The translations under genes and the position numbers were made by a program. Below are positions 42,406 to 53,392 of a DNA stretch of 64,000 bases, piece by piece (the first letter of the stretch is position 1; the number at the start of each line of letters is the position of its first letter). The stretch is from an uncultured bacterium (lineage in GTDB: Bacteria > Desulfobacterota_D > UBA1144 > Nemesobacterales > UBA2774): NCBI GenBank assembly GCA_963825135.1, contig CAWGRW010000009.1:1152001-1216000 (forward strand). Reading direction: 5' to 3'. A model generated the notes under the pieces. The model made no database searches, was not told the origin of the DNA, and saw nothing but the letters and a program-made list of their open reading frames with translations.

Positions 42406-43354
42406 ATGGCGTCATCAGGCCGTTCAAAGAGCAGCGTAAATACCGAGGCATGGCCGAGCCTACCGCTCGATGAGTGGAAGGAAACATATGCGACCCTCCA
42501 CATGTGGACTCAGGTAGTCGGCAAGATCAGGTTCGCTCAGACCCCCTGGGTCAACCACTCGTGGCACGTGACGCTCTACGTGACGAGCCGCGGGCTCACG
42601 ACCTCGCCAATCCCCTACGGCGAGAAAACATTCGAGATCGATTTCGATTTTATAGACCACAGGCTCGTTATTGAGACGAGCGCCGGCGACGTCAGACATA
42701 TAGAGCTCCGCCCGCGCACGGTCGCCGATTTTTACGGGGAGGTCATGTCCACTCTGCGTGACCTCGGTCTCGACATACGCATTCATACACTGCCGAACGA
42801 GGTCGCCGATCCCGTCCCGTTCGAGAAAGACCTGCAGCACGCTTTCTATGATCCTGACTACGCCAACCGTTTCTGGCGCATATTAGTCCAAACGGACCGT
42901 GTGTTCAAGGAGTTCCGCGCGCGATTCATCGGCAAGTGCAGCCCCGTGCATTTCTTCTGGGGGAGCTTCGACATGGCGGTGACGCGCTTCTCCGGGCGGA
43001 CCGCTCCCCCGCATCCCGGAGGCGTGCCGCACCTCCCCGACGTGGTCGCGCGGGAAGCATACTCGCACGAGGTGAGCAGCTGCGGGTTCTGGCCGGGCGG
43101 CGGCCCCGTGCCCTATCCTGTTTTCTATTCGTACGCGTACCCGGCGCCCGAAGGGTTCAAGGATGCCGCCGTGAAACCGCCTGCCGCTTTCTACAGCGCA
43201 GACCTCGGGGAGTTCCTCCTTCCCTACGACGAGGTGAGAACGGTCCAAACGGCCCGACGACGTGCTCCTCGATTTCCTCCAGAGCACCTATGAGGCTGCA
43301 GCGGATCTCGCGAAGTGGGACCGCCCTGCGCTTGAGCGCGACAAGCTCCCGTAA
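42406..43354 (+). CDS. DUF5996 family protein, frameshifted by an extra base near 43240
   Basis: TLHMWTQVVGK, SPVHFFWGSFD and EAYSHEVSSCGFWPG. The C-terminus LLDFLQSTYEAAADLAKWDR lies in another frame and ends with TAA at 43352-43354. Confidence 0.8.
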
Positions 43355-43372
43355 CGATTAAGAGAGACGACG

Positions 43373-43395
43373 AAGGCTGAGGGGTTTCAGCTTTT
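43373..43395. terminator. Hairpin between convergent DUF5996 and nnrS genes
   Basis: aaggctga-ggggtt-tcagctttt. Confidence 0.55.
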
Positions 43396-44606
43396 AATGG
43401 CGAAAGAAGCTCATGCCTTTTCTCCACGGAGGGTTTCCACAGCATCGGCAGAAATACGATCGCAAAAATAAGGAAAGACAGAATCCACAGGATTTGCGAA
43501 ACGGCGATCCAGAGCCCGTAATTGCCGCCGTCTATTAGCGGGAAGAACACCCTCACGATAGCCCCGGCGAGCAAGACCGTAAAAATCCAGAACACTATCC
43601 GGGGCGGCGCGAATACGTTCCTTCCGGTATGCCCCAGGATCACGCGGGACATGAAGCCGACCGTCATGATTCCGATCCCGCCGTATGTGAAGCTGTGAAG
43701 CGCGGGAAGCTCCGGGATATTGAAATAGAGGGAGAGGAATTTAAGGCCGAACCCTATCGCGATCCAGGCATAAGCGACGAACAGGACCCAGAGCATGGGT
43801 TTGTCCCATATCCCTTTTGAGTACCACCCGTATAACCTGACCGAATAGATCAGAGCGAGTATTCCCGAGATTATCGAAACGAATTTTCCGCTCGTAAAAA
43901 CGAGCTCCGGGAAGAAAAACAAAACGAAGAAGAAAACGCTCAGCATGTCGATGACTCTCCAGTTCCTGGGCTCGAATTTGAACCCGAAACCGTTCCTGAT
44001 AAAGAGGGGTATCATCATCCGGCCCATGAGCAGGATAATGGATATGACAAGGAATAGGGCCGAATATACGCCCCAGCGCTGGCCGTCCGTCAGTACCCCA
44101 AACACGCCGAGATAAAATATAACGTTGCTAACGGCTATCAGCCCAAGGTGAGCGGCGAGCGCCGTTTTCTCCCGGTCCATACCCCTTATTACCGGATACA
44201 ATGTTCTGATAGCGAGAATCAGAACAAACAGGCAATCGAGAATCGCCCCGGCCATCCAGGATATGTCCGTAATCAGGGTTAACGAGATAAACACCCTCGC
44301 GAGTATCCAGAGGGCAATCAATATAACGAGCGCGGATTTTTTACTTATCAGGGCCCCGAATCTGTACTTCTCAATCGTTAGCAGAAAACCGGCTATTACC
44401 GCTATTGTATAGCCGAACAGCATCTCGTGGGCATGCCACATAGTCGGGGAAATATTCTCGAAATTCAGCCTGAGCTTGAAGGTATAGAAGGCTGTCCACA
44501 ACGTCATATAGAACAACGATGACACCGTTGCCAGTATAAAAAACGGCCTGTAGGCGGATTCGAACATCGAGAAATTCCGGTCGCTGCTCGTTATTATTCG
44601 TTTCAA
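43394..44606 (-). CDS. nnrS: NnrS family heme/copper membrane protein (3' end probably frameshifted; both ends approximate)
   Basis: YRPFF, WHAHEMLFGY..AVIAGFLLT, LWVLFVAYAW and MSRVILGHTGR motifs. Confidence 0.85.
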
Positions 44607-44817
44607 CTTAAACCCCGTGTTCGTAGCAAGTGAGCACTCACTCAATATCTTACGTGCCCGGCTTCGCCTGTAAAGTCTCATGTGTGATTCTCGGCCAATC
44701 ATCGTTAGTCGGCCGATAAGCTGCCGCCGGTGCGGGAATCTCGGGCGTCAACTGGTATACTAGAAATATAAACTTTAAGAAGCTCACCCACAAAATACTC
44801 TCAATGCAGGAGGAACA

Positions 44818-45243
44818 ATGAAAAGAAACGGTTCTGCGGTATGGAAAGGAGACCTCAAAAGCGGTCAGGGTACGGTATCGACAGAGAGCGGCGTGCTCTC
44901 CGACACTCAGTATTCGTTCAAGACCCGTTTTGAAGACGGGAAGGGCACTAATCCCGAAGAGCTGATCGCCGCGGCACACGCGGGCTGTTTCTCTATGGCG
45001 CTCTCCTCAGAGCTGGGCAAGCTCGGTGCGACCGCCGAGAGTATCAGGACGACGGCTACGCTCTCTTTCGAAAAAACGGACGCGGGGTTTACGATTACGG
45101 CCATTCATCTGAATACGAAGGCCAAGGTGCCCGGGGCGGATAAAGCGACGTTCGATAAGGCCGCTGATAACGCGAAGAAGGGCTGCCCCGTTTCCCGTGT
45201 CCTCAACGCCCAGATCACACTCGACGCGACGCTCGAGAGCTGA
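44818..45243 (+). CDS. osmC: OsmC family peroxiredoxin
   Basis: [21 protein letters not shown] and AKKGCPVS. Confidence 0.95.
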   Translation: MKRNGSAVWKGDLKSGQGTVSTESGVLSDTQYSFKTRFEDGKGTNPEELIAAAHAGCFSMALSSELGKLGATAESIRTTATLSFEKTDAGFTITAIHLNTKAKVPGADKATFDKAADNAKKGCPVSRVLNAQITLDATLES

Positions 45244-45303
45244 GAGTAACAGCCCGGCGCTATTGCCGTGATATTTTGATATATACGGTAAGGTCGGAAA
45301 GGA

Positions 45304-45337
45304 CACTTTGACTCCCCTGTGTAGCGGAGTCAAAGTG
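45304..45337. terminator. Perfect 12-bp inverted repeat between convergent genes
   Basis: cactttgactcc-N10-ggagtcaaagtg. Confidence 0.7.
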
Positions 45338-45357
45338 CGTTTTATAATTCCCGGGAT

Positions 45358-45732
45358 TTACCAAAGCCCTTGTATCGCTACACCGTTGTGCGCCGTCACA
45401 ACCTTGCACTTCCCCGCCCATTCTACCAATGCGCCTATGTCTGTCCACTCTTTCGGTGCCCTCTTCCAATGATCGTCGAGGCCAGCCTGTTTCTCGTACA
45501 ACTCGTCCAAAACGAACATAGTGTTGCCCGTCGGCGCCGAGGTCGGATCCAAAGGATTCGCCAGTTCCGGCCCTTTGATGATGTTATAACGAAGCATCGC
45601 TAATTCGCCCGTCCTGTGATGCGTCGCCTCCATCCATTTAGCGTGGCTTGCGAAAATTCTCTCTCCCTCGGCTACATGCTCCTTGGGGCATATAAACGTA
45701 ATGGTAATCTGTGTTTTGCCTATAGTAGACAT
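45358..45732 (-). CDS. Hypothetical protein, possibly ABM-like dimeric alpha-beta barrel
   Basis: AAGGAGG RBS; FVLDELYEKQAGLDDHW resembles the ABM E.Y/W......H pattern. Confidence 0.6.
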   Translation of the reverse strand: MSTIGKTQITITFICPKEHVAEGERIFASHAKWMEATHHRTGELAMLRYNIIKGPELANPLDPTSAPTGNTMFVLDELYEKQAGLDDHWKRAPKEWTDIGALVEWAGKCKVVTAHNGVAIQGLW

Positions 45733-45987
45733 ATACACACCTCCTTAATAGGTTTTTTGATTATTCTTATATATACGTCGAGCAAAGTAATACGGTTTGC
45801 CCGAATCATACCGGTATATATGTACATACAACACAAATTGAGCTTATTTGTCAATGAGCAGCCTGTAGGAATCGTGAAGCGAAATCATTACAATCGGTTG
45901 GTCGAAATTTTAGAGAGTTGATTATTGTGAATACCGGTAAGCTTAAACCGGTCAAAATCATCTCCGGAATAGCGGGCCCGTGAAGAA

Positions 45988-47532
45988 TTAATCCTCTCTT
46001 AAGAACAGATACAAGGTTATTTGATTGTTAGTGTCATCCCTTCTTGGCTTACCGTGCTTACGCGTATCGGGAAATTCTTTTTTCTCTATGATTCGGTAAG
46101 GCGCATATCCGGAGTTCAATAAGAATTCGCGGAATTCTTCCGGCAGAGGATATGGCTTTTCTCTAACGACTACCCATATCCGATTATTATCTGACACACA
46201 TCCGTCCAGTTCGTTTTTGATCTCCTCAGCATCAGTAAGGCGTTTTTTTATGAGGCACGGCTTCAGATTGCCCCGGTAGTACCAGTTAAAATCGTCGTAG
46301 ACCTGGCCGCTGGTATCATCCGGAAATACGATTGCGTCGTTTGTCTTCCCCTGATTCCCGACATAGGCCGCGACCTCTCTCCACTGCTCGCGGACGGGCT
46401 CTACGTAGAATTGATGGAGGCCCGGAACAATGAGGATAAGATAGGCTGCGAAGGTTATTCCCAATGGCACGACTTTCCCCATCTTTACCAAGACGAGCGC
46501 GATCAGGATGTAAAAAGCCGGCGATGAACAGCTCACATATCTATGAAGGTACATCGGCTTTATAAATTCAGATAACAGGAAAGGCGTTAATATTGGGAAT
46601 ATCAGCCAAACGGCTACCAGCAGCGTTTCACGTTTATGGCCGTTCAGGTTCATTAAATTCTCCGGGAGGGATTTGAGCGAGGCGAGCCACCGCTCGGCTC
46701 CGACATACCGTGCAAAAAGAAAGGTGGCTAGAACGAAGAAGAGGAGAGCGGCCGCAATTGTCATCGGGGAGGGGTAATCGAGCCCTGATCCGACATACTG
46801 CATAAGAGTCATTAACGGCATCCACGGTGGGGGCGCCGGTATCCAATTCGGGCCGATGCCCCCGGCGGCGGCGTCGTGTAAACTGGATAGAATGGAGGGA
46901 AGTATCCCCGCCAGGATAATTGCCTGGCTGAGGAACCACCGCGGGATAAGTCCCTTCATGGATCTGACGCATACGACAAAATAAATGCCCTGCGCGGCAA
47001 TTATAAGCAACCCGAAATCGTGCGTGTAATAGAGGAGTACCGTGGATAATGAATACAATAAGAAATAGAGGAGCCTTCTTTTTCCAAGTGCATTGATATA
47101 AAAATAGAAACTAAGAAGTGTCAACAATACGAAGAGACTGTAGTAACGCAGATCTTGAGAATAATATATTTGATATTGGGAAACGGCCATCAGGAGGGCG
47201 CTCACGAGGCCTATTTTTTCATCGAACAGCGCTTTCCCGACACAATAAATTAAAGGTATGGATATCGTTCCGAGAAGCGCGGGCAGCATCCTTGTCGCGG
47301 CCTCGGAGGTCCCGAAGAGAGCTATCCAGAAGTGAGCGAGTATCACGAATAACGGCGGTCTGCCGCCCAATAATATGGAACCGAGGTCTCCCCGGGCGAC
47401 CCGGAGCATAATAATTTCATCGTGCCAGTAGCTCTCGCCGCTAAGGTCATAAATCCTCAGTACTGCTGACAGGACAACGATGAGAAGTAATAAGTAATAG
47501 CCGCTATATTTTGCTTTACAAACAGTATTCAT
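45988..47532 (-). CDS. GT-C glycosyltransferase (GT39/PMT, ArnT-like)
   Basis: ESYWHDE, PPLF, IYYSQDLRYY and about 12 TM segments plus a periplasmic C-terminal domain. Confidence 0.85.
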   Translation of the reverse strand: MNTVCKAKYSGYYLLLLIVVLSAVLRIYDLSGESYWHDEIIMLRVARGDLGSILLGGRPPLFVILAHFWIALFGTSEAATRMLPALLGTISIPLIYCVGKALFDEKIGLVSALLMAVSQYQIYYSQDLRYYSLFVLLTLLSFYFYINALGKRRLLYFLLYSLSTVLLYYTHDFGLLIIAAQGIYFVVCVRSMKGLIPRWFLSQAIILAGILPSILSSLHDAAAGGIGPNWIPAPPPWMPLMTLMQYVGSGLDYPSPMTIAAALLFFVLATFLFARYVGAERWLASLKSLPENLMNLNGHKRETLLVAVWLIFPILTPFLLSEFIKPMYLHRYVSCSSPAFYILIALVLVKMGKVVPLGITFAAYLILIVPGLHQFYVEPVREQWREVAAYVGNQGKTNDAIVFPDDTSGQVYDDFNWYYRGNLKPCLIKKRLTDAEEIKNELDGCVSDNNRIWVVVREKPYPLPEEFREFLLNSGYAPYRIIEKKEFPDTRKHGKPRRDDTNNQITLYLFLRED

Positions 47533-47592
47533 AACCTCTAAAGACCCCTGCTTTGTACGCTTCGAATAAATATCCCAATATTTATTCGGGAT

Positions 47593-48594
47593 TCATATTA
47601 AACCGTTTGCTTCGTACCATTCATATGTTTTTTTCAGCCCTGTCCTTAAATCTGTCTTGGGTTGGAAACCCAGCTCCCTTTTCGCTTTTGATATATCAAA
47701 AGCCCTGTTACTTCTGAAGAATTCAATCCTCCTTGGATATATGGGCGGATTTATATTCAGCGGTTTAAACGCCCATTCGCAAGTTTTAGCAAGGTAGTAA
47801 ACCGGGAGAAATGGCAAACGGAAACCTGGAATATTTACACCAAGAATATTTGAAATAATTGATACAAGCGCGTTGAGCTTCACAAATTCATCAGATCCAA
47901 GAATATATATATTCCCTGCTGCTTCCTCCCTCTTTCCGCATAGAAGAATGCCTTCTATCAGATCATCGATATAAATCATATGATATTGCACATCGCCGGA
48001 GCCTAACATTACGAAATAACGTTTTTTTATCGCCCGGAAAAGCTTCAAAAATCTGAGATCTCCGGGGCCATAAATACCGCAAGGCCGAAAAATTACTATG
48101 GGCAATTTATTTTCTCTTGAGTACCCGGAAACTATTCGCTCGCCTTCGACTTTGGAAAGTTGGTAATCATCCTTAGGCGAGAAGTGGGAATTCTCATCGG
48201 CAGAGGCCGTTAAAACAGACCCATGAACCCCTACGGTGCTGCAATGAACAAATCTCTTAACCCCTTCCTCAAAAGCGGCTTTCAGTATATTCTTGGTACC
48301 GGTTACATTAGTTTCGAATAGATCCTTTTTATTCAGGTTATCACGCCAGGCCGCAGCGAGATTAAAAACAATATCAATCCCGATCATAGCTCTTTGAAGG
48401 GAGTAGAAATCCCTTAGATCCCCGATCGCCGTTTCGAAGCCTTTCGTTTTGAGTTGCTCTGCTTTTTGCGGATTTCTGACAAGGGCTCTAACGGTATAGC
48501 CATCGTATTGCAGGCGTTCGCAAAGATTACTGCCTAAAAAACCCGTGGCGCCGGTAACTAACACTTTCATATTTTCAGGCCTAGTGTAAACCAA
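47593..48594 (-). CDS. NAD-dependent epimerase/dehydratase (extended SDR)
   Basis: VLVTGATGFLG, HCST, YQLSK and IYGPGD. Confidence 0.9.
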   Translation of the reverse strand: MVYTRPENMKVLVTGATGFLGSNLCERLQYDGYTVRALVRNPQKAEQLKTKGFETAIGDLRDFYSLQRAMIGIDIVFNLAAAWRDNLNKKDLFETNVTGTKNILKAAFEEGVKRFVHCSTVGVHGSVLTASADENSHFSPKDDYQLSKVEGERIVSGYSRENKLPIVIFRPCGIYGPGDLRFLKLFRAIKKRYFVMLGSGDVQYHMIYIDDLIEGILLCGKREEAAGNIYILGSDEFVKLNALVSIISNILGVNIPGFRLPFLPVYYLAKTCEWAFKPLNINPPIYPRRIEFFRSNRAFDISKAKRELGFQPKTDLRTGLKKTYEWYEANGLI

Positions 48595-48633
48595 TTTTAT
48601 CTGAAAATCTTTAATCCCGTTTTAGCGCTGTGC

Positions 48634-49584
48634 CTAAGATGTCTGAATTGTTTTTCTCGCTTCAAATAACCCTCCGACCATGCCTGGAATGACGTTGATA
48701 ATTGCAAATACGATTATCGAATACGCGAATGCATCGTTATTGTTAACCCCAAAAGCACCCAATAGGAGAATGAAAGAGCTCTCTCTCAAACCCAGTCCCG
48801 ATATCGAAATGGGGATCATAGTCACCAGCACTACCACGGACCTTATCCATCCCAAAGCGACGAAGGGAACATTTGCATCTATCGATAGTAGAATCAGGTA
48901 ATAAATAATGAGGCTGATCAGCTGTGAGATTACAGAAACTATTACCATTATGGCGACTGATGAAAACGGGACTTTTCCGAGAGTAGACAGGTTCTTGATG
49001 GACTTATTTAATCTGGGCGATTCGTACACCCTATTCGCAAGCTCGAGGAGTTTTCCTATTGCTCTATGGTCTCTATCAAAGAATATCAAAAAACATAAAG
49101 CCGCAAGCCCTGCCAGTATTGAAACCATTACAAGGACCAGCAAATAGGAATCCTTAGGAAAGCTCATAACCCAAAAGAGCAGGCCGACTGCGCAGAGCGC
49201 GATAGTCGCGAATACCCGGTCTAACGCTAAAGCAACCAGAGCTTCCGATAGTTTATTGTCCTTGCCGGAGAGCTTGTAGAATTTTATCGCACCCCCCGTC
49301 AGATTCCCGCCGGGAAGGAAAAGGCCGTAAAACACAGTGCTGAGGTTAATCTCGAATGCCTGAAATGTGGTTATGTTCAGGCCCTGACGAGCTGAGAAGA
49401 ACTTGAGTCTATACGAAGCAATAAGCCATACAACAAAATCTAAAACGAGGGCGAATATCAAATAAACATGGTTTGCGGACAGGATCGAGCTTTTTACGTC
49501 GGAAAGATTGATTTTAGACAAAAGGTATAAAATAATTGCGAACGCAACGGCAAATCTAAGGATAATCCATATTCTTTTTTTCAT
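48634..49584 (-). CDS. Lysylphosphatidylglycerol-synthase TM / flippase-like membrane protein
   Basis: FLPGG..GG, LDRVF and IPISISGLGLRE motifs; multi-TM. Confidence 0.82.
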   Translation of the reverse strand: MKKRIWIILRFAVAFAIILYLLSKINLSDVKSSILSANHVYLIFALVLDFVVWLIASYRLKFFSARQGLNITTFQAFEINLSTVFYGLFLPGGNLTGGAIKFYKLSGKDNKLSEALVALALDRVFATIALCAVGLLFWVMSFPKDSYLLVLVMVSILAGLAALCFLIFFDRDHRAIGKLLELANRVYESPRLNKSIKNLSTLGKVPFSSVAIMVIVSVISQLISLIIYYLILLSIDANVPFVALGWIRSVVVLVTMIPISISGLGLRESSFILLLGAFGVNNNDAFAYSIIVFAIINVIPGMVGGLFEARKTIQTS

Positions 49585-49702
49585 GTATCGATACGCAGCC
49601 GCCCTGAGAACCGGATAGATACGCTATGTCCTCATCTGCAATAAGACTACTTGCTCGACAGGGAAAGCCTCGATTAATTTAGCCTTACCTTACCTTGTTA
49701 CT

Positions 49703-50917
49703 TTAATTGTGGAAAGCGCACTTCCCCTTTAAGTATGACGGTCGTTCACACCCGAGCAGGTCAAGCACCGTCGGAGCGAAATCTATAGTCTCGATCTCTT
49801 TTTTATCGGCTTTATACCTGTCGTCCGTGAGGATTAACAAACCCTTTTCGGATTCGTTTTCCGGCAGGTAACCGTGATACCCTCTGTATACCGGGTCGTT
49901 GAGCCTTTTCCTCTGCTGCCCGTTTGTGACTCCGAGATATAAATTTCCTAACGGCTGATAGAAATCGTTCGGGAAGAAAATATAGCCGGGATTCAATATA
50001 AGATAGTATTCGCCGCACCTGTCGTTTTCGAACCTAACATTATATTTGTGTAAATCGTCGTACCTCATAAGATTTCCGTTTTGGATCCCAGAAAGATAAT
50101 GCAGGAGCTTTTCCCGTGCGGTGTCCGTATGGAACCAGAACCTCGCCTTGGACGCTTCTATATAATAGGTGATTTCATGATTTTTTATCCCGAGCTCTTC
50201 CATTTTTTCGATCAAATTGAACGTACCTTTGACGGCTTCCTGACCATGGTCTGACAGGATAAGCAGAGTCGCACCGTTCTTAATGCACAGGGAGTGAAGC
50301 TTTCTCATAAAGTCATCGAGCTTTTTAAAGATCTGGTTGATTTTTTCATTATCGTCTAGGTTCCAGTGCTCGAGTGTATCGATAGCGTGTGTTTGTATCA
50401 TTTCCAGTCTCTTGGAATGATTGAAGAGGCGGGACAGTACCTCTTCCAGACGGTCGAGCCTGCTGTTGAAAAAGTAAGTGCAATTATCCTCTCCAATCAT
50501 GCCGAGGAACGTATCATGATCGTTGAGTTTTTGATAATGTTTTAAATCTTGTTTCATGTACTTAGTCTTAAAAATTTCAAACCGTTTCCTCCGCCAGGGC
50601 GGTATAGATGCCAGATCGTAAGAACCTGTCACCATGTGGGCGAAACACTGCGCAGTTGTTGTGGCTATGTCGGGCAGATATTCATATGGCGCTTTATTAT
50701 CGAGGTTAATATCCGACTTTAGTCTGACCTGCCATATCTCATGCTCATGAGGATATAGACCGGTGTAAAGACTCGGTATGAGATCGACCTCGGGGAACGT
50801 ATTAATTCTCGTCCACGGATATTTATCAATGAGACCGGTCATGTAGGGCGTATTTGCATGATCCAATCTTCTTAGGTCGAGCGCAGTTGCATAAAAAACC
50901 ATTAATTTGTCGATCAT
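49703..50917 (-). CDS. Alkaline phosphatase superfamily (nucleotide pyrophosphatase-like) protein
   Basis: LYTGLYPHEH, ILSDHG, RGYHGY and IDFAPTVLDLLG. Confidence 0.75.
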   Translation of the reverse strand: MIDKLMVFYATALDLRRLDHANTPYMTGLIDKYPWTRINTFPEVDLIPSLYTGLYPHEHEIWQVRLKSDINLDNKAPYEYLPDIATTTAQCFAHMVTGSYDLASIPPWRRKRFEIFKTKYMKQDLKHYQKLNDHDTFLGMIGEDNCTYFFNSRLDRLEEVLSRLFNHSKRLEMIQTHAIDTLEHWNLDDNEKINQIFKKLDDFMRKLHSLCIKNGATLLILSDHGQEAVKGTFNLIEKMEELGIKNHEITYYIEASKARFWFHTDTAREKLLHYLSGIQNGNLMRYDDLHKYNVRFENDRCGEYYLILNPGYIFFPNDFYQPLGNLYLGVTNGQQRKRLNDPVYRGYHGYLPENESEKGLLILTDDRYKADKKEIETIDFAPTVLDLLGCERPSYLKGKCAFHN

Positions 50918-50986
50918 CTTGCCTGTCCTCTTCGTCCGTTGATTTATACCATTTATTCCTTATATTCGATTAAAGTAGAGCCTCGA

Positions 50987-51712
50987 CTATACATTCTTCA
51001 CAGCCTTCATTACTATCGGGTTACCAAATAGATTTGTAATATGCAGGATTCTGAATATTTCTTCAATTTTGATTGATATTGCCGGGCGATTAACCCAGCG
51101 GTGAAAAGCCAGAGGCATAAAAAATTGTTTCTCGGCGTGAATAGCTTGAAACCCGTTTTTCCTTATTTCCTCTGACGCTTCCCTCAGTGAGATAATATTA
51201 TAGACTCTTGTTTCGGGCAAGAACAGCTTAATTAATCTCTTGAGCAGTATGTCCGCGCCGGCAAAACTAAAGATAGACGGAAAGTCTATAACGAATTCCC
51301 CGCCCGAGACTCTGCAAATCTCCCGAACCCCCTTCCTCCAATCGCGGAGGTGCATGAGCATCCTCGAAGAAACGACACAGTCAAAGGCACCGTCTTTAAA
51401 TGAGAGCAGGTACGCATCACAAACTACCGCCTTTATGTTCAATCCCAGCTCATCAGCCTTTACCTTCGCAACCCCGAGCATCTCCGGCGACATATCAGAC
51501 GCTATAACCTCCTTCGATGCGAGGAGTAAAGGGATTGTGAGCTTTCCGGTCCCGGCCCCCAGATCCAAAATAGCAATGTTTACAGGGCCTACTAATGAGA
51601 GAAACGTGGATGCTTCGAGGCCCTCCAGGTAACGTCCAAAACGACTGCCGTACCTGTCCCCGTCGAACCTCCGGGCGACGTTTTCATTCCGGTAATAAGA
51701 GGCTTTATTCAT
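50987..51712 (-). CDS. Class I SAM-dependent methyltransferase
   Basis: ILDLGAGTG, SDMS, FDCVVS and LMHL. Confidence 0.88.
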   Translation of the reverse strand: MNKASYYRNENVARRFDGDRYGSRFGRYLEGLEASTFLSLVGPVNIAILDLGAGTGKLTIPLLLASKEVIASDMSPEMLGVAKVKADELGLNIKAVVCDAYLLSFKDGAFDCVVSSRMLMHLRDWRKGVREICRVSGGEFVIDFPSIFSFAGADILLKRLIKLFLPETRVYNIISLREASEEIRKNGFQAIHAEKQFFMPLAFHRWVNRPAISIKIEEIFRILHITNLFGNPIVMKAVKNV

Positions 51713-53388
51713 ATTGAGTAAGGTGCGAAAAATTTTGAACGAATCTCGTTCTTTTCTTCTTTAACCCTTAATTCGCCCCAGCCGAGCTCCCGTGCCATGA
51801 TTTCGGCGTATTCGTCCAGGTTGCTTTTTATGTTTGCGATGTTTAAGCAAAGATCGGTTCGCCTGAAAACCACGTCGCTCAATTTCCCGGCCATTTCTTC
51901 TTTAATTGCATAAATGATCCGAGCTTTGATCACGGACCGCCCGTCAAACATTTCTGATTCGCGTTCCCGCGCGGGGTCCGCGCATTTTAGGACTTCTCGA
52001 TAAGATGAGCCATATGCATATATGAGCTTCCGGATGAACGACGGGTCTAATCTCGGGTCGTTCTTCATTATCTCCTCATTGATATAATGCTCCGGCTCAC
52101 CGTACCCGGCGCAGCTCAAGACGGTAGATTCGGTTTTTGAAGGACAGTGCGCCTTGCCCATTTTTCTTAATACCGTATCTATGGTTTTTTCGGCGACAAT
52201 CCTGGCGTCGCTAAGTTTGACGCCGATTACCGAGATCAGGCCCTTCATCCCCCGCTCCTGTCCATGGTCGAGGATGCGATTATTATTTTCGATTCTTGCG
52301 CGACCGTTACCGTCGATCCGGGTGGGTATATAACCTCCGTAAACGAACGCGATATTTTCCATCTTCAGGGAAGCGGAAGGAAATGAATCATTGATCTCGT
52401 TTAAGAAAGAGCTTGATTCCTCTTCCGTGATATAAAAATTATCGGGTTCCGATGACGATGTCAGATGTTCGGTCCCTATCAGAGATCTGGTATTCCACGG
52501 CGTTATGAATAAATACCTGGAATTCCGCGAAAGCAAGCCGGCTGTATCCCTGTTTTGAATTCTTCTATAGAGTCCCAGGGCATACCCGGAGGTCAATTGG
52601 CGATCAACGAGCAGGTTAAACGCCCTCGAAATTCCGTATTGCCTGGTGGAGGCGTTATTACCCAAACGGTTAAGCAAGCCTATTAGCCACGGGCCTGACG
52701 CGTTCACTATGAATCTGGCGCGAATCTCGAAATTGTCCCCTGTAAGATTGTCTTTAACCTTGGCTCCCCTTACCCCCGTATCGTCTTTCAGTAATTCAAC
52801 GACCTCGAGGTAATTCGCGAGGTCGGCTCCCTCCTTGGACGCGGAAACCGCAAGCTCCAGGGTAAATCGCTCCGAGTCGGATAACTGGCAGTCGGTGAAG
52901 ACTATCCCTCCTCTGAGGTTATTATGCTCAAGGCCCGGGATAATTTCCATGCACTCTTTTCCCGACAGGGCCCGGTTCTCGAACTTCACGCTGTACATGC
53001 TCCGGGTTCCGGTAAGTCCTGAGCCGAGCAGGTTATAGACTCTGACCGCGGCGGCCAGAGATTCTTTTCTCAGGATATGATTCCCGTAGACGGGGATCAT
53101 TACCGGCATCGGGCGCACCAGGTGCGGAGCCATATTCATGAAAATAGCTTGTTCCCGGATGCATAGTCTGGCGTTCCTGAGATCAAATGAACGGAGGTGC
53201 CTAAATCCTCCGTGTATTATTCTCAGGGAGTTCGAAGAAGTACCGCTTCCGAAGTCCGATTTGTCAGCGAGAGCCACCGACAACCCCCGAAGCGCTGCGT
53301 CCCACGCCAGGAAGAGCCCGAATATCCCGCCCCCGATGACAAGAAGGTCGTACTCTTTTTCGGATAGTCGGTGCAATTCCCTCTTCAT
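51709..53388 (-). CDS. FAD-dependent glycerol-3-phosphate dehydrogenase/oxidase-like protein
   Basis: DLLVIGGGIFG..AWDAALRGL, DFGSGTSSNSLRIIHGGFR, VNASGPW and LSDVVFRRT. Confidence 0.85.
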   Translation of the reverse strand: MKRELHRLSEKEYDLLVIGGGIFGLFLAWDAALRGLSVALADKSDFGSGTSSNSLRIIHGGFRHLRSFDLRNARLCIREQAIFMNMAPHLVRPMPVMIPVYGNHILRKESLAAAVRVYNLLGSGLTGTRSMYSVKFENRALSGKECMEIIPGLEHNNLRGGIVFTDCQLSDSERFTLELAVSASKEGADLANYLEVVELLKDDTGVRGAKVKDNLTGDNFEIRARFIVNASGPWLIGLLNRLGNNASTRQYGISRAFNLLVDRQLTSGYALGLYRRIQNRDTAGLLSRNSRYLFITPWNTRSLIGTEHLTSSSEPDNFYITEEESSSFLNEINDSFPSASLKMENIAFVYGGYIPTRIDGNGRARIENNNRILDHGQERGMKGLISVIGVKLSDARIVAEKTIDTVLRKMGKAHCPSKTESTVLSCAGYGEPEHYINEEIMKNDPRLDPSFIRKLIYAYGSSYREVLKCADPARERESEMFDGRSVIKARIIYAIKEEMAGKLSDVVFRRTDLCLNIANIKSNLDEYAEIMARELGWGELRVKEEKNEIRSKFFAPYSI

Positions 53389-53392
53389 CTTC

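Noticed and set aside
43224..43393. Long C-terminal extension of NnrS overlapping the DUF5996 gene
   Set aside because: It crosses a terminator-like hairpin and the convergent gene; a single indel in the A-run near 43420 gives a normal stop.
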